Assembly: GCA_025786725.1 (NCBI GenBank)
Contig: JAHLTZ010000048.1
Coordinates: 62,001 to 126,000, forward strand
Length of the DNA: 64,000 nucleotides
Direction: 5' to 3'
DNA from: Syncephalis fuscata S228
Taxonomy: Eukaryota; Fungi; Zoopagomycota
Part shown: positions 44,491-56,872 of the stretch, in pieces
How the letters are laid out: each line of letters begins with the position of its first letter
Position numbering within the stretch: position 1 is the first letter of the stretch
The notes under the pieces: model-generated
Seen by the model: only the letters and a program-made list of their open reading frames with translations
The model's database searches: none
What the model was told of the DNA's origin: nothing
Program-made: the position numbers and the translations under genes

Positions 44491-44791
44491 GGTGTGTCTG
44501 TTTATCGTCTTGGTGCCGTCTGCCTTTAGCTATTTTTTAACCATGACTAGTATATTATTCTATGTCAATCCTATTATTTCTAATGGTTTTATTTATATTG
44601 GCATTATATTACATGTTAATGACAAATTGGAACCATTTAGTAAACCAGCATTTTAATAATAATCTTATTTGAATTCGTATAAATATTAACGATATGTATT
44701 GATGTGTCTATGTTTAACGCTTTAAAACTTACGTTTCATAATTCAATGGCCATTGCTGTTCATTTGTTTCTTTAGTGCCCAATACGCTACA

Positions 44792-46803
44792 ATGTCACCC
44801 ATTACTTCCAATCAACCAGTTCATAACAATTATGAAAGACTTGTTGAACCTGAGGCTGGTAGGTACTTTTACAGGTACTTGTAATCTTGTTAACTGTAGC
44901 CTCAAATGACGTTAATAGAAAGATTCAGCTTCAATAACCGAATTGCTTTCTTTGTAGCCGGTAAGCTTTAAATGAATTTAAATAAACATCCAACAGCAAC
45001 TATCGTTGTGGTTGTTATTACTATTGCCATTGTTGTTAATACTATTACTAACGCTAAATAGGCTGGTAGGTTATATTAAATAGTTGTACAACAGCTTACA
45101 TTCTCATTAGTATGAATAATCTGGCTTATGTGGTCATTCTTTCAGCTGCTTTGGATATTGTTGGTCCTAATGTACCAAAGGTAAATTTTTTATTCTTGTG
45201 ACTGCACTCTACTCATATCATTTGCATTAGGGAGCCGTATTACTAGCCAATATACTTCCATCGTTATTTGTTAAATTAACTATGCCGTATATCATTCATG
45301 CAATCCCTTACAAGTACGTTTATTGCTTTACTGATTGTACAACCTATTAATTAAAAGTTATACAGTATACGTATTCTTAGCTGCACATTATTGTCACTAG
45401 TCGCGATGCAGGTAGCTTTATATACATAATAGATTGGTAGCATTAGTAATATATATATATATATAATGATTAGACAATTGCTTGGAGTGGATCCATTGCT
45501 ATGAGTATGACAGGCATTATTATTGCATCAGCCAGTTCTGGCCTTGGTGAAATGAGCTGGCTTATGCTTACTTCGCTGTATCATCCACTTTCCGTATCTG
45601 CTTGTAGGAATATATGATAATTGAGTATTTATTATTAATAATATATACTAATGTGTTACTTTATTTACAGTTGCGTCAGGCACTGGTGCGGCAGGCGTAC
45701 TTGGTGCTGTCTCTTTTCTAGCTATGACAAGTTGGTTTGGCTGGTCAATGAGAGCTAGCTTGATGATTTTATCGGTAAGTCTGGCACGAGCTTGCTAGCT
45801 ACATTTTAGTAATAATACGACTATAGAGTCTACCTTTAAGTATGGCCGTTGCTTATTTTGTCATTCTTGGTCCACCTCTTAGTGCTATTAGTGCACAAGC
45901 AGATGAGGAAGTTAGTAAGTAGCCATTTAAACAATACTAATAATGAATGCGAATTGACAGCGATTTATACGGCTTATAGACACACATAACAATGAAAACA
46001 ATTACCAAGAGACAGCTACGGATGAAAACTACAAGTTACCGACAGAGATGAATCTATGTGAAAAGTTGCTATTGGCACGCTCATTGTTAGTTCCATATAT
46101 GTTGCCATTATTCTTTGTTTATTGGGCGTAAGTCTAAACATACAGTAGCCAAATATTACTTTGCAATTTATCAATCAAAAATAGTTAATCATTAACCAAT
46201 TAGCGAATATACGATCAATCAAGGTGTTGCACCCACACTATTATTTCCACTTGAAAAAACACCATTTAGACAGTTACGTGATGTAAGTGAATAATTATTG
46301 ACAGATATCATGGATAGCAATAGTAATTTATACTGTTACAGCACTATGTTACTTATCAGGCACTCTATCAAGTGGGTGTATTCATTTCACGTAGCAGTGT
46401 ATCTATTGCGCCCATTCAACGTCTATGGGTTCCTAGCCTGTTGCAAGTCATGCTACTAGCACTACTTATTGCACAGTCACTCAATCCATGGCTTCCTAGT
46501 ATATGGATATTATTTGTACTAATTCTTGGCGAAGGATTACTTGGTGGTAAGTAATCGTTCAACTCGCATTACTTGCCAATTAGCCAGCCATTAATAATGA
46601 CAATACTAGGCGCAACCTATGTTAATTGTTACTATCAAATTACCAAAAATGTACCATCTGTTTATCGTGAATTTTCACTTGGTTCGGTAGGTGCAGCCGA
46701 CAGTTTAGGCATTGCCTCGGCCGGTCTCATCAGTCTCTGGCTTGAAGGTGCGCTTTGTCAATGGCAACAAGCACATGGCAGTGAACTGTGCACCAATGCA
46801 TAG
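44792..46803 (+). CDS. BTN1: Battenin/CLN3 vacuolar membrane protein
   Basis: Spliced motifs [71 protein letters not shown] and REFSLG. Many short introns, including a 4-nt micro-exon at 45062-45065. Confidence 0.93.
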
Positions 46804-47320
46804 TCTGTATCTGTAAATACTTTCTATTAATACAAATTCAATTAATAAATAGTAATAAATAGTAATAATAAACAATAAATAATGTAATTAAACTGGATAA
46901 AAGACGTATTTATTTATCATAATTGGCTTGTGTTCGATTAAGAATGTAAAGCAGAAACTACGCATTCACTCGATTGTAGCGTTAAGAATACCGCTACTTG
47001 GCTTCATACCGGGTAATGATGCGCAGTTTCATTCATTCATGATGAAAGAAAACTTGACAGCATGATAAGGAAAGAGAGGGTGGTGACGAGATGGTGACGA
47101 TGATGACGATGGAAGGCCGGTCTTCTACTTGTCGCGGAGCGCTTGCAATCTTCAATTCTTTCAAGAAAAAATATAAGAAGCAACAATCATTCTGACGATT
47201 GTTCATCCCGTGCCTAATCTTGCCCGCTAACTGACCTCACCAACAGTACATCATCCAAATCATCCACCGTGCAAGCGCGCCTTGCAAAAAAAGTTGAGTT
47301 ATTTCGAAATAGTTGGTGAA

Positions 47321-48700
47321 TTAACCACGATACATGCCGTAATGGCCACCATCAGCGCCACCACTAGTATCCTTTTGGCGCGTGAGGATTGATTTGTAGC
47401 CTGGAGCTGGTGAAGCACCACGATGAGCCGTTCTATGCGCACCGGCGGCAGGCATACGTGATGGATTCATGCCATAATCGCCGCCAGCTTGGCCTGGAGC
47501 CATTTCATCAGCGGCAAGTACCTTGCGACGACTAGACACAGGATTAGCTGCAGCCATACCAGCACGTGGCTGTGGTACAAATGAGCTGCTAGATGGCATT
47601 TGGCGAGACGCCATACCAGCGCTGGGCTGCTTCAAAGCACGAGTTGACGAATGGCCTGAAGGTGGTACACCGCTTGCCGGCGCACCACGGATGTTACTCG
47701 GCATCATGCGACGGTCACGAGCATCGTGTTCATCACGATGGACACCCGGCTGAGCTGGTTGAGCTGCCTGTGGTGCTGGTGCCGGTTGTTGTCCCTGTGG
47801 CTTCTGGTCCTTGTCCAGCTTGAACATGGTCCAATCGAAGACGTAGTCGTATTGGAAGCCTTCACGAATAAACAGATCGCGGAATAGCTTACGCAGATAG
47901 CTGTAATCTGGCTTATCGTCGAAACGAAGACTACGTGTGTAGTTAAGATAGATGGCAAATTCGTTTGGATAGCCACGGCATAGTAATTCAGTAGGTGTAG
48001 TCATCTTCTTTTCCATAATACGGTCGTATTTCTGCTTCTTAGTGGCCGCCTTCAATCCTTGCCATGGCAAAGAACCGCGCAAAAAATACATAAAGACATA
48101 GCCTAACGATTCCATATCGTCACGACGGGACTGTTCGACACCAAGATGCGTATTGATGGATGCATAACGGGCTGTACCCGTCAAATTCTTATTTTCCCTG
48201 TATGGGATATGCAGATGAGTCTTTGGATCACGGTATTTCTTCGCCAAACCAAAGTCAATGATGTTCACCTGGTTGCCGCGCTTGCCAATGCCCATTAAAA
48301 AGTTGTCTGGCTTAATGTCTCTGTGAATAAAGTTCTTTGAGTGAGCATATTCGACACGAGAGATCATTTGATCGGCCAACAATAGAACAGTCTTAAGAGA
48401 GAACTTGCGGGAGCAAAAGTTGAACAAATCTTCCAAAGAAGGACCAAGCAAATCAATAACCATGGCATTGAAGTCGCATTCAACGCCATAATAGCGAACA
48501 AATGGAATGCCTACACCACCGGCCAATGTCTTGTACACTTTGGCCTCATACTCGAGCTGTGGATGACGTGCCTTGGTTGACTCTAGTTTGACGGCTACCT
48601 CTTCGCCGCTAACAATGTTGGTACCGAGATAGATGTCACCAAACGACCCAGAGCCGATTTTACGGCCAATTCGGTACTTGCCACCAACACGTAGATCCAT
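47321..48700 (-). CDS. HRR25: Casein kinase 1 (Hrr25/Hhp1/CK1 delta type), intronless CDS
   Basis: [48 protein letters not shown] and EQSRRDD. The C-terminal tail is Q/P/G-rich with no CC palmitoylation end. Confidence 0.96.
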   Translation of the reverse strand: MDLRVGGKYRIGRKIGSGSFGDIYLGTNIVSGEEVAVKLESTKARHPQLEYEAKVYKTLAGGVGIPFVRYYGVECDFNAMVIDLLGPSLEDLFNFCSRKFSLKTVLLLADQMISRVEYAHSKNFIHRDIKPDNFLMGIGKRGNQVNIIDFGLAKKYRDPKTHLHIPYRENKNLTGTARYASINTHLGVEQSRRDDMESLGYVFMYFLRGSLPWQGLKAATKKQKYDRIMEKKMTTPTELLCRGYPNEFAIYLNYTRSLRFDDKPDYSYLRKLFRDLFIREGFQYDYVFDWTMFKLDKDQKPQGQQPAPAPQAAQPAQPGVHRDEHDARDRRMMPSNIRGAPASGVPPSGHSSTRALKQPSAGMASRQMPSSSSFVPQPRAGMAAANPVSSRRKVLAADEMAPGQAGGDYGMNPSRMPAAGAHRTAHRGASPAPGYKSILTRQKDTSGGADGGHYGMYRG

Positions 48701-50373
48701 ATTGACTTATTGATTGCACCTGTTGTTGTTGCTATTGATGCGATTGATGTTATGCTAAAGCTTTTAGAAACAGAAATAAAACACAATATGTGACAATTAG
48801 TATATATGTATTAAAAGCTGCACACCACAGCCAAATTGACTGATATCCAAAACAGTGCTGCAGATGGAATATATGCACGCTCAACCGGCAAAACCATTTA
48901 AGTAGACTTTGCAGCAATGCCAATCACTCTACCACTGAGATTAATAGCATACACTCGTCTATAGCCGTGCCATTCACTGATGCTCACCCAAGTCTAACTA
49001 GATATATGCGAATATACGTGTATGCGTATATGCTTATATATATATCTTAATAACGGTAGTGCAGCTATTAATTAAACAATAAACTAGTAGTAAATGTTTA
49101 AAAGAAGGCTGTTGCACGGCACGAAGCGTCAAAGAACGAAAAACTAAAAGGACTAGCGTTGGTTAACAAAGCTGAGAACCAGAAAAACACAAAGGGATTT
49201 AGATAGGTTAGATAGATTGATGGAGAAAGTGATGATGAAAGAAGTAAAGAAGAAAACCAAAGGTGTGTGTGTGCCAAAGTTGTTGCCGCGCAAGGAGAGA
49301 GAGAAAGAAGGAAAGCGTGGTGTGTATCAAAATTGGGGAAGTATTATAATTACAAGTATTACTGTTATAAAGACTACTAATGGTAATGTGTATGTGTGTG
49401 AGTATTAACAATTATGTCCAATAATTAGTAAAGATGAGTTATCTTTAGTTACTGTAGTGGTATCAATGTATTATATCTATTGTTACTATTCATAATAGCA
49501 ACAATGATATCAATATCAGTAACAGTAGTAGCAGTAATGGTAGTTGTAACACTATAGCTATAATTGATATAATGGCTGTATGGGTAAAGAAAGGAAATAT
49601 CAAGGTGTGGTGTGTGAGATTTGACAAGAAAAGATCGCCGAAATAGTAAAAAATAAAAGACACCAAAGGTGCATGTTATACACACGTACACACGTACACA
49701 CACACAATAACCAATGAACGAATCCATCAACCAACAAACCAAGTATATACACGAGGCATATAAAAGTATGATGTGTGTGTGTGGATTTCAAGCCCACGTG
49801 AGTTACAAGAATGCATGTAACTGTTAAGACGTGACAAACAATAAGTAAGGGGCTTTAGCCAAATGCCATACACATAAAGGAGAATCAAGGCAACTTTGAT
49901 ATGTGGATCCACTTGTCTGTGGCCAAGAATATATACAATCCATACCACATATACACACACGCGCCACAAGCTATGTTATGATTAAATAGAATAATAACAA
50001 TAATACATAATACATAATAGCAACAGTTGCAGTAGTAACAGTTGTCATAATAGATGTAATATTTATGTTGATAATAGTCGTTATCGTGATAATAGCCTGA
50101 CATGGCATACAGTCCCCACGCTTTACAATCAATCGTCCGTGTACCGCTTGGCTATATAGACACGGATATGTGCTACTTAGGACTTTGTTCAAGGCTTCGT
50201 TGCCATCATAGTATGCGTATAGGCGAGAAACAAGTCATGGCTTCAAATAATAAGAAGAGTAAGAATATACACCAAGATATTCTTATTCGACACGCTGAAC
50301 TAAAACACGCTGTTATAGTTACTTACCTTAATACTACACTATAGTAGTATTAGTAGTGTTTGTAATAATGTTT

Positions 50374-50434
<61 letters not shown>
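50374..50434. repeat. (GTA)n microsatellite, about 20 units
   Basis: Perfect gtagtagta... run in the putative CK1 5' leader. Confidence 0.95.
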
Positions 50435-51096
50435 CAATTTAGTTGAGAATGTAATGAAAGCAATTGAAAACGATACTAAGATGGCCGAGATGAAGGGAAA
50501 AGGAGTTAAAAGAGCATGAGAAAGCTGATGAATTTGTGTGGGTGGTTGTGTGGTATAACAATTATAATAAAAAGTGAGGAATAATGTGTGTGTGTGTGTG
50601 GTGACAATAGGCCAGTTGGCAGATTAGGAAAAGTACGAATGGACCCATCTAATTCTGTAGCATTTTCAATAACAGAAAGGAAAGTAGCAACAAAGCTAAA
50701 CAAGTTAGAATGGTAACTAGAATGACGTATAGTTTGTTGGTAGGCGGTTGCTATAGAATGCTTGTAATAATCAACAATTGATTTGAAAATCAATAAATTA
50801 TTTAATAAAACTATTAATTATTAATTACTTGAAAAATATTAAACAATTAATTAGTTGGCTAAGTTTATTGTCAAGTTGAATTCAAATAAACAGGCCTACT
50901 TGGAAATCAAAAAGTACCGTAACCTATACGGCAACAGTCACCGTATAGTGTATCTATAGATTTATCTGTAGCAATAGTAATTATTGTCTATTGAATACTA
51001 TTCATTATAATACTGATTTAATTTAATATCTTTATTGTGTTACAACTAGATCCAATACATTTTGGATCGTTAATTACTGACTGGCTGAATATAGGC

Positions 51097-51852
51097 TTAT
51101 AAATAAAAGAACCAGTCCATTCTTTCAACTTCAACTTCGCTTAGTGAAGTGCGGACAATAGTCCAGCACCATCCAATAGGAATCTGCGGTAGATTTTGAA
51201 CTGATCCTAATCGTGCACGTAGCTCGGGACTGACATAGAAAGCACGCGGATAGTTAGCTTTTAACATACGTTGAGCCGATACTAGTCGAGCTAATGACGG
51301 AAACCGAATCACTCGAACATTAGCATGGATTTCATTACACTGATAGAGTGGCGGTGGTTGAACATCGCTTGCATCGGCCACCTCAAACTCTTTCGAGTCT
51401 TTATTCTCGGCCATCTCTTCGTGTAACGACGATGGTATAGGTGCACGGGGCAGTGCTGCAGAGAATGATCCATTAGGTGAGTTGGCTTGGAGCTAGGCGG
51501 CGATCGTACAAGTTCCTCAGGCAATACGGTACCGCCACGCGTAAGTGCGCGGATCGTCGTATCAAATTCGCGAATATGATGGGCAAGAATACGCTTTTGG
51601 TTGCGTACTAAGCACAATGTTGGATGATGCAGCGGAACCCGTTTTACAGAACTCACTACACCCTCTGCCTTGTCAAGGGATATCATAAGCTCAGTACGCA
51701 GGAAATCGGCCAACTATAAAACAAACCATTAATAAGGTTGAATAAATCGATTGTCACATAGTATTTATACTTACGTCAGTCATAGCCATGCGATTAGTGC
51801 CAATAACTGGCGTGCTAGCCTTGTCAAATGGCATTCCTCCAATACTAGACAT
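51097..51852 (-). CDS. Hypothetical protein (2 exons, 1-bp frame break at ~51489)
   Basis: Exon 1 is MSSIGGMPFDKASTPVIGTNRMAMTD (51775-51852), followed by a GTAAGT..TAG intron. Exon 2 (LADFLRTELMISLDKAEG..) joins the ORF ending ..MDWFFYL* if one C is restored at SSQANS. Confidence 0.65.
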
Positions 51853-52468
51853 GATGAGCAGTAGTTGCTGGTCTTTAGTATGAAATTACAAGCAACGACA
51901 ACAGTTAGTGGCAGCAAATAAAACAAAATATACGCTTCAACACTGAAATATACGCAGTAGACTGGCCACTGCTAACGAATAAAGCTCAAAGGCAATACAG
52001 TCGACCGTAGAAAGAATTAATATTATTCAAGAACACGGGAAGAAAAGGCATGGGATGTGTGTATTTGTAGTGAATAGTCGTAGGCATGGCGGTCAGTTTG
52101 GTTAATACTGTTTATTCATATGATTGGCCAAACGATAGTACAACCGAACAATGTTGATTCGTTATTGGATGGCGGAGTGCCCTGGCATCCAATTCTTGGA
52201 CCATCATAAAAGGAAAGTAAGATTTTAAATTAAAAATAACTCTGTCAGTATGTGAGAGTGGTTTGTTCTTGTTTCAAGTTTAAACAATGATTTGATTTCA
52301 AATATGCAGTTGCACCGAAATATTAATAGCAATGCTTTGTTCGATACAAGAAAGTGCCAAGATTCAAGGACGATAAACCAGTATTTAAATTGATAGAGAC
52401 GAGCAATAGTGGCGACAGTAGTAATAATGAATTTATTTAGATTTAATTATCGAGGTAATAATGCTCGA

Positions 52469-53402
52469 CTAGGCACTAAATGGCCAAGGTGAAGCTTCCC
52501 AGTAGACGGCAACTCCCATGAGTGCCAGTGCCAGCAATACGGTAATAACAAAACAGGTACGGAATTCTTTACGCTGCCTTGTCTGCCCAGCTAATCCACA
52601 AGCCAAAGCAGCTACTAACAATAGAACAACGCTAATACCGAAAAATATACCAAAATACATTAATCGCTGAATAGCTTCGGCGCGTGGATTCTGCGGATCA
52701 AAGCAGGTCGGATAGCCTGCTTCTTCATCTCTAACACAGAGTCCAAGGCACTAGAATACATGTTAATGGCGAAGGGAAATAAAGCATTGTTGATCTAATA
52801 CTTACTTGTTCAGAACTATCGCATTGCGATAGTACTTTCTTGCGCCAGCGACATGCCTGAGCGTCGTCGCAGTAGGCATCGGGCCCACAATTACCTAGGC
52901 CGTTAAGTGTTGCGCGTACAAGTCGGCCTGGTACCGCTTGTTGATAACGATCAACGATCAGTTGCATTTGGGCCGTTGATCCTGGTAACGGGCAACGTTG
53001 ACAAGCGGATCCAATATTTACAATAGGTCCGGTATAATAGTTGCCACTGGGCAATGGCAAGGCTCGGCAGCCAATGGTATCGGCAGGCTGGCATGTAAGA
53101 CCGGTCGATGCAAGATAGCACATAAGATTTGAGGGACAGGTAAGATTATTAGCACAAGGGATGACTACATTGCCATCGCCCGAACCGGCATTCGATTGAG
53201 AATTGGCCCCGATAGATAGGAAACATAAGATAGAAAATAGAGTTAAAAGCGTAGCCATAAAGTAGTTGACATTGTTTGTTGGTGCAGTTTTCGTTCGCGC
53301 TTTACGTAAAGATGGCTTGCGTATCGATGTGGCTAATAATCGATGGTTGGTTGGTTGAGCTGCTTGTTGCTTGTTTGCCGTTGAGTTAGCCATTATATTC
53401 AT
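52469..53402 (-). CDS. Cys-rich ectodomain membrane protein with two C-terminal TM helices
   Basis: Hydrophobic signal or anchor (MATLLTLFSILCFLSIGANS) and about 15 Cys in the ectodomain. One intron (CDSSEQ|CLGLCVRDEE). TM segments MYFGIFFGISVVLLLVAALACGL and CFVITVLLALALMGVAVYW. Confidence 0.75.
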
Positions 53403-54006
53403 ATAGTTGGTTGTTGTTAATAAACAGCGATTTAATAAGTGTTAAGCAATAACAGATAGTAACATGTACACGAGTGTGAGATGGCAAGTAAATTCGTAAT
53501 TACAATAACGCAGTAAACAATAATGCGTTTACTAGCGTCAATTGAAACGTGCTGGGGTAAATAAATATAGGCGGTGTAGGTCGGCTAGGCAAGCTCAGCG
53601 TTAGAAAGGAAACATAGGTAGTACAGTATGGTTCGCGAAAGGTGATATGCCGTTCGCCTGTTCAGCTGTTATCCGCGTGACCATCAATATGGCGGTACAC
53701 CAAATAGTACCATTTTGGATCAGCATCTGTGAGATCTATTAGTATATAAACAAAATAGCTGCTTGCTGTTAGTAATTAGTGTTGATATTTGATATATGTA
53801 TTATTCTTGTAACCATTTGCATGTGACATTAACCGATCATTCAAGTATATGATGTATTTCTTGGTCATATCACCGTAACAGTAAAGCCATAATATTGGAA
53901 TGGTAACAATACGATCATCGTAGAAATGTAATATTTCTACTATTAATAGCTGATTACAACAAAATCGTCTCATTCTTAGGTATAATATCTTGAAATCTGA
54001 TAAAAC

Positions 54007-55013
54007 TTATTTTACAAATTTAATTGTAAATTATTGTGCTAATACTATGACAGTATTTTAATAGTGTTAATTTACTTAGTAAATTGTAAATAATATTATG
54101 CATAGCTTTACATGAAATCAAGCAGATTGTGCGATATTTTGCACGAGTATGCGCATAGCATATAGGTAGCTATTGGTAAAATATACCGTGATTGAGTTTT
54201 GTGATGGCGTAGTAATTGTGATAATACGCTAATAAATGCGCAAAATATCGGTTTTTTACCAATCATGGCTTATATAAACAAGATGCAGCAAAATGATTGC
54301 CGGATTCGAGCTCTCCATGCTTAGTTATACAGACTGGTATAAAAAATGAACAATGCTTTTTGCAAAAATGTTAGACCGAAAACGTAGTTACATAAATAGC
54401 TGTTAACAAAGATTTACGTCATATTATATATATGTTATAAATCGCCAATTTGCATAGGTATTTCTGCCTAGCAACTTTTATTATACTTGTTTTAGCATTG
54501 TAAAGTGTTTTGAATTTACTTTAGATTAATCTCATTTTAATATTAAAAGTTCCAAAATTATAAAATTGAATTACTTTCATTAATTAAAACATGCGAATTG
54601 CATTTCGGCCTAACATTTTTACAAAAATCATTGTTCCATTTCTTATACCAATCTGTATAACTAAGCATGGAAAACTCAAATCCGGCAATCATTTTGCTGC
54701 ATCTTATTTATATAAGCCATTTTCAGTAAAAAACCGATATTTTTGCGCATTTATTAGCGTATTATCACAAGTACTACACCATCACACAATACAATATGGT
54801 ATATTTGCCAATAGCCACCATATGCTATGCATATTGTGCAAAATATCGCACAATCTGCTTCATTATATGTAAAATTGTACGTATTTTAGCAACAATATAT
54901 TAATTAAACATTGCTGTTGGTTTTGCTATTGCCTTTTACCACCTAATTACACTAAAAGCACCTTTTAATATTGCTAAATACTGTCATATCACTAGCACAA
55001 TGCTTTGTAAATA
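54007..55013. mobile_element. Foldback / MITE-like non-coding element with long imperfect inverted arms
   Basis: Inner arms ~54108-54381 and ~54603-54872 are reverse complements (e.g. AAGCAGATTGTGCGATATTTTGCAC vs GTGCAAAATATCGCACAATCTGCTT). Outer arms 54033-54059 and 54975-55001. No coding capacity; no TSD identified. Confidence 0.75.
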
Positions 55014-55652
55014 ACAAATAACGCCATTTTGCAATGTTTATGGATATTGTGTGTTGCAGCTAATTTTATGCACTATAAACTCAACACTGCTAAGTGTATA
55101 CCTTCCATTGTTATTTGTCCTACTCTATGTCATTTATTTTGTAGTAGCCACTTACTATTCATAGCCGCTATCCGTTTGTGCCCAGCTCAACAAAAAATAT
55201 TATTCATTTATTGAGTCATATACGCGGATAAAACAAGCAATATGAGTACGCATATATTCAGTACACATATATGCTCTATTCACCTATATCATTTATAGCA
55301 AATATAGCTAATGATAGAATTTAAATGCTTTATATTGTTTTATTTTTAATATAGCTTCATTAGTTTATATGACTGATCATATTGTTACAGCTATTTGTTT
55401 TATGTAAATTAATGGTGTTATATGTTATAGCTTTGCTATATTTGACTGTTTAATCATTGTTTACGATATATTATTTCTGGATTTATAACAGCGTATTTCT
55501 AATTTGTGGCACTTAATCTGTATCTTTAAAAAATTGCGTGTTACTGTAATGGCATACTTTTAAAATCTATTTTGTCAGTTTGGTAATAGCAGACTAAGAA
55601 TTTAGTTAATAAAGTATTTTTGTTTAAAATAAAAATGAGGATTATTGGAAGT

Positions 55653-56872
55653 TCAGAATGCTTTTTCATCTTTGTGGATTGACCCGCAAGATGGCAGTGT
55701 TTCATCATCAGATATCAAATGCAGCTTATATACATTTGACTCTCTGTGAATGCATTTTGGACTAGCAGTACTAGTAGATATAGCTATTACTGAAAATAGT
55801 GCCAAATTGAAAATCCCGCGTAGTGGTGTGCAAATATCGCGTAATATAAACATAAAATATATTTTTATGCCTGCAAAAACAAGTAGTCGATTAATAAAAA
55901 GTGAAATCCTAAATAAAAACAACAATTGAATATATCTTAATAAAAAAAATCTGCTAACTGACCAGCAAAAAATGTATATTATAGTAAATACAATGGTGAG
56001 TATTGAAAATCGTTGCAAATATTGTTTAGCTGATTCTTTAGATGTTTCATCGCGTGAATTATTTTGTAATCGTTTATATACTCTATAATAAATAATACCG
56101 GCCCATATAAAGCTAATAGTATTTAATATAAAGACTATAAAAATAAATAGGTGAATCTGCATAAATTGCAAGCTGGGATAATTGTCTGTTATCCAGCACC
56201 TAATTCAATAGTTGTTAGTATATTCGATATGTTGCCCTTTCCTTTACTTACCATCCCATCATATGGCCGTATATTAGGCCATATTTTGCTGTACTATAAA
56301 CCAATAGAGGAACAAATCCATTAAGAGTTGAAATGATTGCAATGGTAATAAATGAAATAGTATTTAACTTGCGAATGCGTTTGAGCGATAAATGTTTTAC
56401 AACAATAAGAAATAGACTAATGCCGATTAACAAATCGCCCAATACACTCCATGCTATTCCGGTTTGTAGAATTGCGGCCTGATACTGACAAATGGGATGT
56501 TCGGCTGGAGAATCAATAGCGAAGCTACATGGAAAACAAATAGTTTAATTAGCATGGCCGATAGGGCAGTTGTGCTCGCTTGCCCCATCAACGTACAAAC
56601 CAATGATTTGTCCAATACAACTCATGATGTCGCCGTAGGCATTAAAATACATGATACGAGCGATGGGCGTGCGGAATCGAGCAGATATATGATAGCTCTA
56701 GGTTGTTGCTACTAATTTAGTTTATCGCTATAGTGTAACACCATCGTATTTCTAGACAGAAGACCAGTTGACTTACCACTACAATCGCTAAAGCACCCAG
56801 AGTGCCCAATGCGGATGCCACTAGTGTACACAAATTAAGCACAGCCAATTGATCTTTGTTAAAATTAGTCAT
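55653..56872 (-). CDS. 7-TM GPCR, cAMP-receptor-like (CAR/Git3-like) family
   Basis: TM1 VLNLCTLVASALGTLGALAIVV, RFRTPIARIMYFNAYGD, ICQYQAAILQ, YGHMMGW|CWIT and TM7 CTPLRGIFNLALF. Several introns. Confidence 0.8.

Noticed and set aside
49208-50793. Short ORFs upstream of CK1
   Set aside because: Low-complexity CA/TG/TAG repeats within the probable leader intron and promoter.
50924-50960. Hairpin CTATACGG..CCGTATAG as a Helitron 3' end
   Set aside because: No properly placed CTRR terminus, no second copy and no 5' TC end identifiable. An 8-bp stem can arise by chance.
54591-54872. 93-aa ORF in the foldback arm as a transposase fragment
   Set aside because: No DDE or DNA-binding motifs. It lies wholly in one inverted arm and is probably incidental.
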